DNA from: Mobula hypostoma
Taxonomy: Eukaryota
DNA: 64,000 nt
Assembly: GCF_963921235.1 (NCBI RefSeq)
Contig: NC_086097.1
Coordinates: 242,050,001 to 242,114,000 of the forward strand
Direction of reading: 5' to 3'
In this document: one piece after another, positions 13,375 to 27,945 of the stretch
Position numbering within the stretch: position 1 is the stretch's first letter
How the letters are laid out: each line of letters begins with the position of its first letter
Notes under the pieces: generated by a model
Database searches by the model: none
What the model was told of the DNA's origin: nothing
The model's input: the letters and a program-made list of their open reading frames with translations, nothing else
Made by a program: the position numbers and the translations under genes

Positions 13375-14556
13375 GCTGACTAATTTTACAACTTGCTGTA
13401 GCTGCTTTCAGTCGTGTGTAGTAGACCCTCTTTCCCCATACTAGACAGTAATGCAGCATGTCAGAATGCTCTCCTTGGTATATCTATAAGTTTTTTGAGT
13501 GTTTTAGGTGAACAAACCAAATCTCTTCAAACTCCTAATGAAATTTAGCGGCTGTCTTGCCTTCTTTATAGCTGCATCGATATGTTGGGACCAGGTTAGA
13601 TCCTCAGATCTTGATGCCCAGCAACTTGAAATCGCTCACTCTCCACTTCTGATTTGTGTTCACTCATCTTACCCTTCCTGAATCACCTCTTTCATCTTAC
13701 TGAGTGTAAGGTTGTTGTTGCGACACCACCCAACTTGCTGGTATATCTTGCTCCTGTACATCTCCATCTGAGATGCTACAAACAATGGTTCTATCATCTG
13801 CAAATTTATAGATGCCACTTGAGCTATACGTAGCCACGTGGTCATGCTTATGCAGAGAGTAGAGCAGTGGGCTAAGCACATACCCCTGAGGTGCACCGGT
13901 GTTGATTGTCAGCAAGGAGGAAATATTATCAACCAGTCCTCCGGTTAGTAAGTTGAGGATCCAATTACAGAGGGAGGTACAGAGGCCAAGGTTCTGTAGC
14001 TTATCCATCAGCACTGTGGGAATGATGGTGCTAAAACGCTCAGCTATAGTCAATGAATAGCATTCTGACATAGGTGTTTGTGTTGTCCAGGTGATCTAAG
14101 GCCATATGGGGCCATTGAGATTGTCTGTTGTAGACCTATTGTGCTGATAGGCAAATTGCAGTGCGTCCAGGTCCTTGCTGAGGGAGGATTTGATTCTACC
14201 CATGACCAACCTCTCAAAGCATTTAATCACCATAGCTGTGAGTGCTACTTGACAGCTCACAGTACTCTTCTTTAAGCACTGGTATAATTATTGCCTTTTT
14301 GAAGCTGGTGGGAACTTCTGACCATAGCAGTGAGAGGTTGTAACTGTCCTTGAATATTCAAGTTTTCAGAGCCTTACCAGGAACTCCTTCAGGTTCTGCC
14401 ACCTTGTGAGGGTTCACCCTCCTGAAAGACAGCCCGACATCAGCCTCCAAGACACAGATTGCAGGGTCACCATGTGCAGTAGAGGTCTTCACAGCGTTAG
14501 TTATATTCCCCCCTTCAAAGTGGGCATAGAAGGCATTGAGCTGATCTGGTAGTGAA
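13375..14556 (-). mobile_element. Rex1-like LINE RT fragment
   Basis: LGLCTSLCNWIL, NTGAPQGYVLSPLLYS, YKFADD. Confidence 0.85.
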
Positions 14557-14854
14557 TGTTTGTGCTTATATAAATAGCTAACTCAGTGTTTGTTCAGATC
14601 ACACATGCACGTTAGTCATCGTTGTTTTACTTGTGTATTTTCATTTTGTTACGCATCCCTTTGGTTTTCATTCTGTTTTACTTTTTGTTTAATTTGGCTC
14701 TATTGGTACATATTAACTACCTTTTACACCTTGAATACTTGTGCTTTGAAAGAGTATTTCAGGAAAAAACTTGCAGGGTATTTGAAAAGAATATGGTAAA
14801 TGGGATTGCTCTTTTTGTGTCATAATCAGTGAATTCTTATCGCAATCCAGTGTA

Positions 14855-15766
14855 TACTCATGGCCACTTTATTAGGTACATTAAGATCATCATCATTATG
14901 GGCCATGTCGTATAACATTGGCGATCATAGTCTTTCCATGACGATTGTTTTTGGCAATTTTTTTCTACAGAGGTGGTTTGCTGTTACTTTCTTCTGAACC
15001 TTTCTTCAGTGTCTTTACAAGATTGGTGACCCCAGCCATTATCAAAACTCTTCAGAAACTTCCTGTGTAATGTCAGTGGTCGCATAACCAAGACTTGTGA
15101 TATGCACCAACTGCTCATATGACCATCCACCGCCACCTGTGGCTTCATGTGACCCTGGTCCGGGGTGGGTGGGGGGTATACTAATTAGCTGCTACACCTT
15201 GCCCAAGGGTGACCTGCAGAGTAGTGGTGGAAAGGAACACCTTAGCATTTCCTCTGGTAGAGACTCATTTCCACCTCACCACCCCCATTAGGTACACCTT
15301 GTTAATGCAAATATCTGATCAGCCAATCACATAGCAACAACTCAATGCATAAAAACATGCAGACATGATCAAGAGGTTCAGTGTTTAGACCGAACATCAG
15401 AATTCGAAAGAAATGTGATCCAAGTGACATTGACTGTGGAATGATTGTTGGCGCCAAATGAGGTGGTTTGAGTATCTCAAAATCTGCTGAATCTCCTGGG
15501 ATATTTATGCAAGACAGTCTCTAGAGATTGGTGCAGAAAAACAACAAAAAAATTCAGAGTAGCAGTTCTGTGGTCAAACACATCTTGTTAATGAGAGAGG
15601 TCAGAAGAGAATGGCCAGACTGGTTCAAGCTGACAGGAAAGCGACAAGGACTCAAATAATCAAGCATTATAACAGTGGTGTGCAGAAGAACATCTGTGAT
15701 CAGCCAGCACATTGAAGCGGATGGACTGCAGCAGCAGAAGAGCATAACATTCACTTTTTATGAGTG
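14855..15766 (+). mobile_element. Non-autonomous Tc1-like DNA element with nested SINE
   Basis: Termini tactca(g)tggccacttt ... tgagtg+TA; internal decayed Tc1-type N-terminal sequence. Confidence 0.6.
14881..15286 (-). mobile_element. SINE-like insertion, probably RTE-related
   Basis: Exact 10-bp TSD attaggtaca at 14871-14880 and 15287-15296; (gat)n-like tail on minus strand; partial second copy at about 61917-62105. Confidence 0.7.
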
Positions 15767-17868
15767 TATGTTTAGGTTACCCCAAATTTTCTGTTAATCT
15801 AATGGAAATAGGCAGGACTAAGTGCAAAATACATAATCTTTAAATTGGCAAAACCTTGGCTAGGAAGATGATTGTGATAATCACAGTTGGCCAAGTAACT
15901 GCAAATTTTTAAAGATTTGTTTCTTTCATATGCTTAGTTTGGAATCTATGACAGCTGATGTAATGTTTGTTCAAAACACAAACAAATTAACACTGGTGGT
16001 AACAAGTGAGTCGTTGAATATTTTAGTTGTCAATATGGTTTTATTTTGAGATGTCTTGACTGCTGTAAATCTCTTTCAAGAAATTGATTTTGAGCAAAGT
16101 ATGCTTGTGGGTCACATGAATTCTTAAATCGTTCCCAGCACTTTAAATAGGAACCCACTGTTAGATTTTGTTTCTGCACAATCTAAATAGAAATTAGGAT
16201 GTGAATAAATTAATGCATTATTGAGTCATGTTTAAATTAACTCTAGTCCTTTGGATTGTTGGTGAGCGTCTCTATGCAAAATAAAGTGGGTCGCTGTTCA
16301 TGGCTTGACCTAACTGTGCAGTCTTCTAGTTTAAATAGCTGATCTCTGAAATGCCAGTTGAATGACCTATTTAGTTGTATACTTGGGTAGGTAACATTTG
16401 GACATGTACAGATGAAGATTCTACAGATGCTGAATACACAAAATGCTGGAGGAACTCTGGAAGTCAAGCAACCTCTGTGGAGGGAAATAAACAGTTGATC
16501 TTGGCCCGAAGCATCGACTGTTTATTCCCCTCCCAAGATAGATATTCACCTGCATAAATTACAAGTTAGATGTTTTGTAAGATGAACTCTCATTTCAGCT
16601 CCGTAACTCATCATTGTATTCAATAAAAATTTGTAAATGCAACTTGGGTGAATTCTTCTTTTGTGTGAAATCTTTCCCTTAGAGTTGGATCGAACAGGTT
16701 ATGCCCAATTTATGACATAATAGTTCAATCATGCAACATCAATTTGTGGTTCTGTGTATTGATAAAGATTGAAAAGGCTGGCCAGCACATGGTCTGCTTC
16801 AGGTGGTGTTTGAATGTTGTTTGTGGCAGCTGTTGCGTCCACCTTATTCACTCCCAGTCAACTTTAACCTTTTGTCCAGCCACCACAGTGTTTACTTACA
16901 AGTGTGATGTGAATAAAAAGCTAAAGTTTCTTTTATTTTCATTCATTCACAGGATGTGGACAGTGCTGGCAAAGTCAGCATTTACTGTCCATGCCTAATT
17001 GCCCCTTAAACTGAGTGGCTTGCTGGGCCGTTTCAGAGGGCACTTTGGTGGGTCTGGAGTCACATGTAGGACAGATCGGGTAAGGATGGACATTAGCGAA
17101 TCAGCTGAGTTTTTAACTCGGTTATTAATACTAGTTTTATATACAAACTTTATTTATATTGAAATTCTGTATTCACTGCACTGGGATTTTAACTTTTAGT
17201 GTTTGAAACTGTAGTACATGCCTCATGGTATTGATCTAGTAACTCAACTGCCATGCTGCATAACTTGTTTATTACCTTAATGGGGGAAACATGTTCTATT
17301 TCTGGATCAATTTAAGCTATTTTAACTTTCACCCAGTTAGTTGAAGCACAGGGATAAACCTCAGGATATCAAAGGCAAATTAATGCTTTGATAAACTTGT
17401 TCTGGACAGTTTTATTTACTTTTCTCTTTAATTTACTGAGCCTAAGTCGTTATGCAATTAACCTAGCTTCAAAGGGATTAAATAAACATTTTCTTTATTT
17501 TATTATCCATTGTTTTTTGCTTCCATTCTGCAACATATTTCAGTGATTTCTCAAAGATAACTGAACTAATAAGGTGGATAGTACAGTTAATTTTACAATA
17601 CATCTTTTTTATCCAGGCAGTGTTATTCAGTTGGTTGTTTTTGCATGTACCTGAAGCTGCTTATCAAGTCAGGATTTAATCATAGAATCGGTGGGGAGAC
17701 TGACATGATTATTTTGTGAAGTTATATGTTGTAAGCCTTCATTGGGGTGGTTAAACACACTTATCTCCCTTACTAGGTGATTATCAATCATATTAAAGCT
17801 TAGAGGCAATTTTCTACTTACATCACTTAATAGAGGTTTTGGAATTGAGAGGTGTTCTGGTGTGTATA

Positions 17869-19283
17869 CAATTGCAAGAAAAAGCTTGTGAACCTTTTTG
17901 CAGTTCCCTGGTTTTCTGCATTAGTTATAAAATGTGGTCTGATCTTTATCTAAGTCACAATAATAGACAAACACAATCATTGTTTAATCATCTGCAGTGC
18001 AGGCTGGAAAAAGTATGAGAACATTTGGTGGATGTTATACCAGTTATTAAATACAAATATTTCCTGTAGCTGACTTGCACAGCAGTGAGGAGGAATTTTA
18101 GACTATTTCTCCATACAAAAGCTGTTTCAGTTTGTTAAAATTTCTGTGATACCTTGCAGGAATAGCCTCTTCAGGTCTTGCCACGGCATCTCAATTCGGT
18201 TAAAGTCTGGATCTGACTTGACCATTCTAAAACACAATTTTTTTTCTTTCTAAACCATTCTATTGTTGATTTACTGTTGTCTTTTGGATCTTGTTGTCTT
18301 GTTGCATTAACTACTTTCTATTAAGTTTCAGGTGACAGACTGCAACCCTGACATTCTCCTGTAAAATGTCTTGATACAATTTTGAATTCATTGTCCCCTC
18401 AACGATTGCAAGCTGTCCAGGCCCTGAAGCACCAAAACAGCCCCAAATCATGATACTCCTTCCACCATACTTCACAGTTAGGGTGAGATTTTGGTGTTGG
18501 TGTGCAGTGCCCTTTTTTCTCCAAACATAGCAATGTGCATTTCTGCCAATAAGTTTAACTTTTGCCTCATCTATCCACAGAACATTGTCCCTGAAGTATT
18601 GTAGAACATCTCGGTGGTCTTTTCCAAACTTGAGACATACAGCAATGTTCTTGGAGAACAGTGGTTTCCTCCATGGTGGCCTTCAATGAACACCATTCTT
18701 GTTCTGTTTTTCTTGTGGTGGACAGATGAACAGAGAATTTACCAGATTCCAGAGATTTCTGCATGTCTTTTGCTGTTACCCTTGGGTTCTTTTTCACTTC
18801 CTTTAGCATTGCATGTTGTGCTCTTGGTGTGATCTTTGCAGGATGCTCACTCCAAGGGAGAGTTATTTCATTTGTAGACAGTTTTTCTGACTGTGGACTG
18901 ATAAACACTCAGGTCTTTAGAAATGCTTTTTTAACCTTTTCCAGATTAGTGCATCTCTACAGTTCTTCTAAGGTCCTCTGAATGTTGTTTTGATCAAGGC
19001 ATCATGCACATAAACAGATCTTTCTTGAGAAGAGCGGGTACTGTTAGTAACCTGACATTGCCCCAGAGGTTCACGTACTTATTTTGAACATCAACTGTGA
19101 TTGTTTAAATGGTGTACTCAGTATTTCTGAGAAGTAGTACAATTGTTTGTGTTATTAGATTAGGCAGATTGTGTTTGTCTATTATTGTGACTTGGATGAA
19201 GATTAGACCACATTTTATGAGTAATTAATGTGGAAAAACAGATAATTGCAAAGGGTTCACAAACTTTTTATTTCTTGCAACTG
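17869..19283 (-). mobile_element. Tc1-family transposon, decayed, long TIRs (element A)
   Basis: TA-flanked; TIRs caattgcaagaaaaagcttgtgaacc ... gggttcacaaactttttatttcttgcaactg; minus-strand transposase relic (KITPRAQHAMLKEVKKNPRVT). Confidence 0.9.
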
Positions 19284-20490
19284 TATGTCATTTCAACATG
19301 TCACTGATCCAAATGACTTCACTACTCAAGTTGCCTCAAATTCCATACGCCAACATGTTTTGTACTCTGCTGATATTTTACAGTAATTCTGTAAATTGAC
19401 ATAGAGCTGAAAACAAATGAGGGGAAAACAACAAAATTGAACCTGGTTCAATTTACTGTTTTGCACAGGCATGTGACAAATAGCTTACTGTTTACTCATT
19501 TCTACTCTGGGCAAATTTATTGCCTCAAATTATTTTCAATATTCAGTCTGCCCATTTTTTTTTCAAGATTTCCATCTTGTGTGTTGATTGCAACTGGGTC
19601 TTCTGGTGCTTAGTCATTCTATGTAAAGGCCAAGTTCCTATGTTTCCAGCAGTCACGACATTTCCAAAGTAGTTCATTGATGGTAAATAGGTCATGCTGT
19701 AGAAATACAAGTCTCTTTTGGGTTCAACTGTTGGCGAATCGCTCAGTTTTCATGGGATAATTAATAAAAAGGAATGGAAAATCTCAAGATTTTATCCCTT
19801 CTCTATTTTGTGAGAGTTTAAATTGAATGTATTCCCTTCATGTGAAAGAGTTAATATAGTGAAAACCAGTTTTTAGTCTGTTCATGAGCTCCGACTTCAA
19901 CATTTGAACTATTAGGAAATATTGCTAACATTTTTTAGATGCCGATCTGTTAATTAACACTGGACTTTGACCTCTACCTTTTTGCTATCACAATAATTGC
20001 CACGGATGATTGACGATAAAGAATTAAAGTCAGAAGAATCGTCTCCAAAAAGACATTTCTAGAAAGCCAGAATTTATTTTAGCATATGTATTTGTCTGTA
20101 ATGCAAGCTGCAGAAAATGTGTTAGCTTTTGGAGGTAATAAAAAGCACATTGCTGTTTGTTTTCTATGACAGCTAATTCTGTTCAGACAATGTGTGCAAT
20201 TACACTGCAAAGGAGAAGTGAAAAATAGAAATTCAACTATCTTGCACTCTGTGCAATGAACATTCTGTCTTTTAAATTAGTATGTTTACTCTAAAAAGTT
20301 GTATGTAATGTCATTTGTATTCTATAAATTTAATAATTTACCATCTGTCAAATGTGCTAGACATCTTAAAATTACTCCTCATTTATATCTGGAAGAATCC
20401 GATTCTGCTCCGGTAGAGAATAAGGTTACTTCAGCTATCTGTTTCCCTGACTGAATGAATACTGAAAATCATTTATTTTGTTTCTCTCAG

Positions 20491-20752
20491 GAGCAAGATA
20501 TCTCCTGCTTTGAAGATAGCAGTGACGATGATGATGACCAAACGTTGAAGATTTTTGATGAACTGAAACACAAATATTCCCGGGCCAAGGCTAACAATAA
20601 GAAGTTAATTTTGGAGCTTAAAAGAGTTACAACAAAACTTCGGTTTGTTGAAGAAAAGCAAAAAGATTACGAACATATGGCTTCTGAGCTACAAAGGCTG
20701 AGGGACCTCAATATGGATCTTCAAAATGCGTTGCTTTTGAAGTTGTTTAGAC
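20491..20752 (+). CDS. BEND5-like exon 3, acidic stretch plus coiled coil
   Basis: Acceptor ttttgtttctctcag|GAG, donor AGAC|gtaagt; 262 nt, phase 0 to 1. Encodes EQDISCFEDSSDDDDD...KQKDYEHMASELQRLRDLNMDLQNALLLKLFR, matching the BEND5 'KLKEYGALVSEMKELRDLNRRLQDVLLLRL' pattern. Confidence 0.9.
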
Positions 20753-21661
20753 GTAAGTCTTCATTAAAATAAAAAGCTAGTGGAAGCAAGCTATTAGTGT
20801 TTGGAAAGGTGAACTTGTAAATGAATTCTTAGTGTTCTGTTATCTTCATCTTCATACATCTTTCATACCTAGTGGTAGGCTTATTAAAATTCATCTGATT
20901 GGATGATTAAAATCTGGTTGTTAGTGTAATTAAAAAAAAAAGTGCATGTTGCTTTGCTACCAATTTAGTATTACATTTTCCAGACCTAATGACTTTTACT
21001 TAGCGTGGATGTGAATTTTTTTAATATAGGAGGGTTTTTATTAGTTTCATTAAAGGAGCATTTCCTACAGAATATACCTTCTCTTTAAATTGTCACCTCT
21101 TGCTGTTAATTTTTTCAGTCCTCTTCGCAAACTCCCAAGGCCATGTAGATATGGGGGTAAATTACTGGTGATGTCCTGGAGCTGCTGTCTTGATTATATT
21201 GGGACATTCTACTTTGGGTATTTCAAGAAGTATAATATGAGGTATTTAACTGACATGTTTAAAATACTTGTTGTTTCATCTCTTCATAGTTTGCAAGTGC
21301 CTCAAACTTAATCCCCTCCCCTCATCAATTTTGCAAGTCTTAATGTTTATACTTGTACCAGGTACCATACTCACGAATCTGCTTTGTATTTCTTTTAATA
21401 CTTCTAATTGCAGTAGGTACAGGAACCTGAAGCCACGCACTTAATGATACAGAAACAATTTCTTAACTCTCCACATTCAGATACCTGAACTATGTGTGAA
21501 CACGTCTTTATTCTTTTTTGTGCTGTTTATTTTCTAATTTATAGTAATTTATGTCTTCACTGCAGCAAAACAACAAATTTCACATCATATAAGACAGTGA
21601 TAATAAACCTGATTCTGTGGTTCTCCAGCTGTGATCTTCCAAAGGCTTTACTTAATCATTT

Positions 21662-23180
21662 TAGAAACATAGAAACATAGAAAATAGGTGCAGGAGTAGG
21701 CCATTCGGCCATTCGAGCCTGCACCGCCATTTATTATGATCATGGCTGATCATCCAACTCAGAACCCCGCCCCAGCCTTCCCTCCATACCCCCTGACCCC
21801 TGTAGCCACAAGGGCCATATCTAACTCCCTCTTAAACATAGCCAATGAACTGGCCTCAACAGTTTGCTGTGGCAGAGATTTCCACAGATTCACCACTCTC
21901 TGTGTGAAGAAGTTTTTCCTAATCTCGGTCCTAAAAGGCTTCCCCTCTATCCTCAAACTGTGACCCCTCGTTCTGGACTTCCCCAACATCGGGAACAATC
22001 TTCCTGCATCTAGCCTATCCAATCCCTTTAGGATCTTATACGTTTCAATCAGATCCCCCCTCAATCTTCTAAATTCCAACGAGTACAAGCCCAGTTCATC
22101 CAGTCTTTCTTCATATGAAAGTCCTGCCATCCCAGGAATCAATCTAGTGAACCTTCTTTGTACTCCCTCTATGGCAAAGATGTCTTTCCTCAGATTAGGG
22201 GACCAAAACTGCACACAATACTCCAGGTGTGGTCTCACCAAGGCCTTGTACAACTGCAGTAGTACCTCCCTGCTCCTGTACTCGAATCCTCTCGCTATAA
22301 ATGCCAGCATACCATTCGCCTTTTTCACCGCCTGCTGTACCTGAATGCCCACTTTCAATGACTGGTGTATAATGACACCCAGGTCTCGTTGCACCTCCCC
22401 TTTTCCTAATCGGCCACCATTCAGAAAATAATCTGTTTTCCTATTTTTGCCACCAAAGTGGATAACTTCACATTTATCCACATTAAATTGCATCTGCCAT
22501 GAGTTTGCCCACTCACCCAACCTATCCAAGTCACCCTGCATCCTCTTAGCATCCTCCTCACAGCTAACACTGCCGCCAAGCTTCGTGTCATCCGCAAACT
22601 TGGAGATGCTGCATTTAATTCCCTCATCCAAGTCATTAATATATATTGTAAACAACTGGGGTCCCAGCACTGAACCTTGCGGTACCCCACTAGTCACCGC
22701 CTGCCATTCTGAAAAGGTCCCATTTATTCCCACTCTTTGCTTCCTGTCTGCTAACCAATTCTCCACCCACACCAATACCTTACCCCCAATACCGTGTGCT
22801 TTAAGTTTGCACACTAATCTCCTATGTGGGACCTTGTCAAAAGCCTTTTGAAAATCCAAATATACCACATCCACTGGTTCTCCCCTATCCACTCTACTAG
22901 TTACATCCTCAAAAAATTCTATGAGATTCGTCAGACATGATTTTCCTTTCACAAATCCATGCTGACTTTGTCCGATCATTTCTCCGCTTTCCAAATGTGC
23001 TGTTATCACATCCTTGATAACTGATTCCAGCAGTTTCCCCACCACCGACGTTAGGCTAACCGGTCTATAATTCCCCGGTTTTTCTCTCCCTCCTTTTTTA
23101 AAAATTGGGGTTACATTAGCCACCCTCCAATCCTCAGGAACTAGTCCAGAATCTAACGAGTTTTGAAAAATTATCACTAA
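21662..23180 (-). mobile_element. Young 5'-truncated CR1 LINE with uninterrupted 472-aa RT ORF
   Basis: ORF 21759-23177 with NYRPVSL, DFQKAFDKV, QGSVLGP, KFADD; (tttctatg)n tail. Confidence 0.97.
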
Positions 23181-25555
23181 ATTGTAGCACTGTTTTCAAC
23201 TGCATTCTTGTTATTTACCAAATATTCGATTTTATTTAAAAAGAAAGGACATGCTACATTTAGTAATTTGGAATTGCACTGCTTTTTTTCCTAACTCCTC
23301 CCTACAGTGGAGAAATTAATGGAATTTGAACTGAAATAAAATGTCTAGGCTAAATATGCTTGGAGAGGCAAATGGCTTGTCCTTGTATGTGGTCCAAAAC
23401 AAGACTGTTACTAGAAAGTAAGTTTTGACGCAGTAATGTATTACAATATTCTGCTGGCACCCCAGTTTCCTCCAAAACCCCAAAAGTGTGAGTGGTTGTA
23501 GGGTTAAATGGGTATTATAAATTATCCCTTCTATAGGAAAGATAGATTTGAGAGAATTAATTGGCATGCAGGGGACAAATGGGTAATAGGGAAATTGGAG
23601 TGGTAATGGGATTACTTTGAGAGCTGGCATAGATTGCTTTGAATGTTATTACAAAATCAAAAATGTCAAAGAAGCATGACCTCTAATTATCTTCAGTAAG
23701 TCTTGACCTTGGATTGATACCCTTATACAGTGAGTCATCTGAGACTTTTAGTGTAGAGTGGGGAAAAGTAAACAGATAAGTTTATCTTGTTACACCAGAG
23801 GAGTTCTATCATGCCATATAATATAAATTGTACAAGTTTATTGTAACTAAAATTGAACATGCAGTTAACATTGTAATCCACTGAACTCAATGAGTTTTTG
23901 AAGATGATTCTGAACACCATTGCAGAATGTAGTCCCTTGAGTATGGTGAAGTATTAATCTTAATATCAAAGTTGCATTCAGTCACTAGAACATGCACTTG
24001 TAATCTGGTACCAAACATAATCTACTTAGGCAGTTACTTCATTTTCATCCCTTCAGTTAACAGAATCAGCGTTTGGAAGTGTCTGGCTTGTGCACTTGTG
24101 GTCAGCGTGCTTACTAATTGCTGCAGAGAATTGAAATATGTTCTAGTTTTCATGAGTTTCTTGTATCTGCTGAAAATGTAGGTGGGATTATATGGACAAG
24201 TTGAATGTGATTGTCCTGCAAAAGACATAGAAAGTAACTTTCACTGTTGAGGTTTATTCTATTTGACATGCCTGACAGTTAAAACCTCACTCTTTGATAG
24301 TACACTTTCTAACATGACTACAGAGAGTTGGCACACTGTTTGTGTTTAACTTGCCAGCCAGACTTCTAATGATCAAAGCAGATCATGTCCTTGGAGGCTG
24401 GCATCAGTTTTCTACTTCAGGTCCTAGATGCCAATATTTAAAAAAAACTAATTGTTATTTTTCTCAACAACCAGCAGTTTATGACATAAACGGATCTGGA
24501 GAGCTGTTCATAACCTGGAAATGAACAAAAGCAGAATGAGGGAGAGGATCATAAGAACTGCATGATTGCAGAGTGAGCAGGAGCTGGAGGAGTCACTGTC
24601 AGCTGGCCTCACTAACTGAGTGAGAGCAGTTCTCCTCACACTCCCACCTCTGCCCAATTTGATTCTTGCAGTTTGGGGAAAGAAGTCATTTGTGAATGCC
24701 CATCCCCACCTGGTAGAAGATGCTTTCAGGCTATAACATGTATGTGCTGCTGCCCATAAACTGGGGAGAACCTGTAGTTCTTAGAGTATAATTACAATGA
24801 TTGATACCATCATTAAGGACCCCAATCCCCAAGGGCAAGCCTTCTTCTCATTGCTACCATCAAGGAGGAGGCCGAAGAGAGACGTGAAAGGTTTCAGGAA
24901 CAGCTTCCTTTCTGTCATCAGGTTTCTAAATCGACAATGAACCCATGAGCACTACCTTGGTATTTTTTCCATCTCTTTTTGCACATACTGTATTTTATAG
25001 TTTTTATTATATATTGCAATGTACCACTGCTACAAAATTCACAATATGTACTAGCGCTATTAAAACTGATTCTGAAATACTTATTCTATGAACATGGAGA
25101 ATAGTCCCCAAGTCTCACCAGAATGCCTTTCATTTTCTGGACTTGTGTCAGAGGAGGTTTGAGTCTTCCGGTAACTAAAGAGTGCATACTTTGTGCAAAC
25201 AGTGGCTTAAATTGTAGGATGAAATAGTTTTCCTTTCAGGGTTATCCTTGTGCAATAATGTGGCAGGCACAGAATTCCTTTATTTGACTAGAACTGGAAT
25301 ATAGGATACTCCTTTTAAATGCTGCTTCAAACAAGTGTTGCCATAGAAATTTTCCGAAGAATCTGTGCCAGCTGACCTTAATGGCTTTAACATCAAGTAG
25401 ACATGTTGGAGTGTGTTTATTTAAAAAGGGCTTCTTATTAATCCAGCTAGTTCATCTGTTCTGTTTAAATGCAAAATAAAAATGGCAGTATCTCATGAGC
25501 TGGGGTTGTGATCGACCCAGAATAGGAAGCAAAATAAGTGAACTCAGCTGAATCA

Positions 25556-27105
25556 CAATGGTGCTACGAAGTTTGTGAACTCTGTAGAATTTTCTGTTAT
25601 TTCTGCATATGTGACCTAAAGTGTGATCAGATCTTCATGCAAGTCCTAAATCTAGATAGAGAACCTAATTAAATAACACAAAAAACATTATACTTGTTCG
25701 TTCATTTATTGAGAAAAATGATCCAATGTTACATGTATTTGTTGGAAAAAGCATGCGGACGTTTGCTTTCAGTAACTGGTGTGATCCCCCTCCCCCTGCC
25801 CACGGTACAGAAATAATGTCAACCACATATTTCCAGTATCTGTTGATCAGTGTTGCACGTTAGATTGGAGGAATTTTAGGCCATTCCTCCTTCAAAACTG
25901 CTTCAACCCTGGGATGTTGGTGGGCTTCCTGGCATGAACTGCTTGCTTGCTGCAGGTCCTTTCACAACATTTCTTTAGGGTTAAGGTCAGAACTTTGACT
26001 TGGCCATTCCAAAACACGGATTTTCTTTTTAAACCATTCTGTGTCGATTTACTTTTGTCTTTTGGATCATTATCTTGTTACATTATCCACCTCCTAATTA
26101 AGCTTCAGGTGACAGACTGCTACCCTGACATTCTCCTGTAAAATGTCTTGATACAATTTTGAATTCATTGTCCACAAAATGATTGCAAGCTGTCCAGGCC
26201 CTGAGGCAACAAAGCAGCCCCAAACCATGATGCTCCTTCCACCATGCTTCACAGATGGGATGAGATTTTGGTGTTGGTGTGCAGTGCCCTTTTTTTTTTC
26301 TCCAAACATAGCAATGTGCATTTCTGCCAATAAGTTCAACCTTTATTCGCAGACATTGTCCCTGAAGCATTATAGAACATCCAGGTGGTCTTTTCCAAAC
26401 TTGAGACGTACAGCAATATTTTTTTGGAGAGCAGTGGTGTCCTTCCACGAACACCATTCTTGTTCAGTGTTTTTCTTATAGTGGATACATGATCAGAGAC
26501 TTTAGCAAGTTCTAGATATTTCTGCATGTCTTTTGCTGTTACCCTTGAGTTCTTTTTCTCCTCCTTCTACATTGCATTATGTGCTCTCAGTGTGATCTTT
26601 GCAGGTTGCTCACTCCTAGGGAGAGTAGTGACAGTACAGAGTTTCCTCCATTTGTAGACAGTTTCTCTTACTGTGGACTGATGAACACTCAGGTCTTTAG
26701 AAATGCTTTTGTAGCCTTTTCCAGCTTCATACATCTGTACAATTCTTCTAAGCTCCTATGAAAGTTCAAGGCATGGTGCACATAAACAGGTCTTTCTTCA
26801 GAACCTGACTTTGTCTTTTTTTTTAATATATAGGGCAGGGCACCTCTACAACCCACACCTCCAATCTCATCTCATTGATTGGAACAACTGACTCCAAATA
26901 GCATATGTAAGAGGCATTACCCCAGGGGTTCACATACTTTTCCCAACAAATGAATGTAATAAATAATGAAAAAGTACAATGCTTTTTGTGTGTACTTATT
27001 TAATTGGATTCTCTGTCTAGTTTTATGACATTTGATCACATTTTAGGTCATTTATGCGGAAATAGAGAAAATTCTACAGGGTTCACAAATTTTCTAGCAC
27101 CACTA
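25556..27105 (-). mobile_element. Tc1-family transposon, decayed, about 200-bp TIRs (element B)
   Basis: TIRs caatggtgctacgaagtttgtgaac ... gttcacaaattttctagcaccacta; transposase relic VKHGGRSIMVWGCF. Confidence 0.9.
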
Positions 27106-27569
27106 TGTGAATTTAGTTGAGATTAAATTTCCTTTTGCCCATACTAATGTATTTGGAACATTTTTGTAAATAGCTAATCTGATGTACAATTGGGTTGTAA
27201 GAAATTGGTTTGTGTGAGTATGTCTGGCTGAGCTCCATGAGCCCCAATGATATGGGCATTTTCTTTGTGACTTAATTTTGCACAGCGGCTTCCATTTGGG
27301 AAGATATTAAGTTGTCAGTGGTTCTGTACTTAAAACTGCTGTGGTCATTCGGTTCTCTGTTTCATCCTTGGTTTTCTTCCCCTTTTCCTATTTAAATTGT
27401 TTTTCATTAATCCTGTTTTTAAATTGAGTATTTGCAGTCCATATAGATTTTTCTATCTTTATTCTAGCTGTTAAAGGAAAAGACAGCAAAAGCAGAATTA
27501 AATGTTGTAATTCTTGAATTAGTAATTGATTAACCATTAAAATGTATTTGCTTGCTTTTCTATCTTCAG

Positions 27570-27862
27570 TACCAGAACAGTACCATGGTTCCAATCCCGA
27601 AGAGGAGTTAATTGAAAACACATCTGCCCATCAGCTAATTTCCAGTCCTCCAGTGACTTCAATTCTGCAAGACCATTTAAACATGCAACAAAGAATTTAT
27701 CCCTGCAAGAAAAGTCCTCACCCTCTCCTTCCAGCTCCAAGTACTAGTGACCACCTGGAGAGTCAGACTGAAAATGGAAACAGCATGGTGTCATGTCCAT
27801 GGGCTGCAACACAAGCCATTGCTATGGCCCAGCCCAGTGTTTACTCCGTTCAGGATGGAAAG
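27570..27862 (+). CDS. BEND5-like exon 4, Pro/Ser-rich linker
   Basis: Acceptor gcttttctatcttcag|TA, donor GGAAAG|gtaata; 293 nt, phase 1 to 0; open frame ending YSVQDGK (BEND5 'YILDNGK'). Confidence 0.85.
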
Positions 27863-27945
27863 GTAATAGAAAATATTTCTGTTACATAAACCTGCGTTTT
27901 GCATGTGCAACTTAAATTTATTGTCTTAACACTATTTGCTTATAG

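Noticed and set aside
20455..20490. ORF-track N-termini before the exons (MNTENHLFCFSQ, MYLLAFLSS, MNCICSQ...)
   Set aside because: Intronic polypyrimidine tracts upstream of the splice acceptors.
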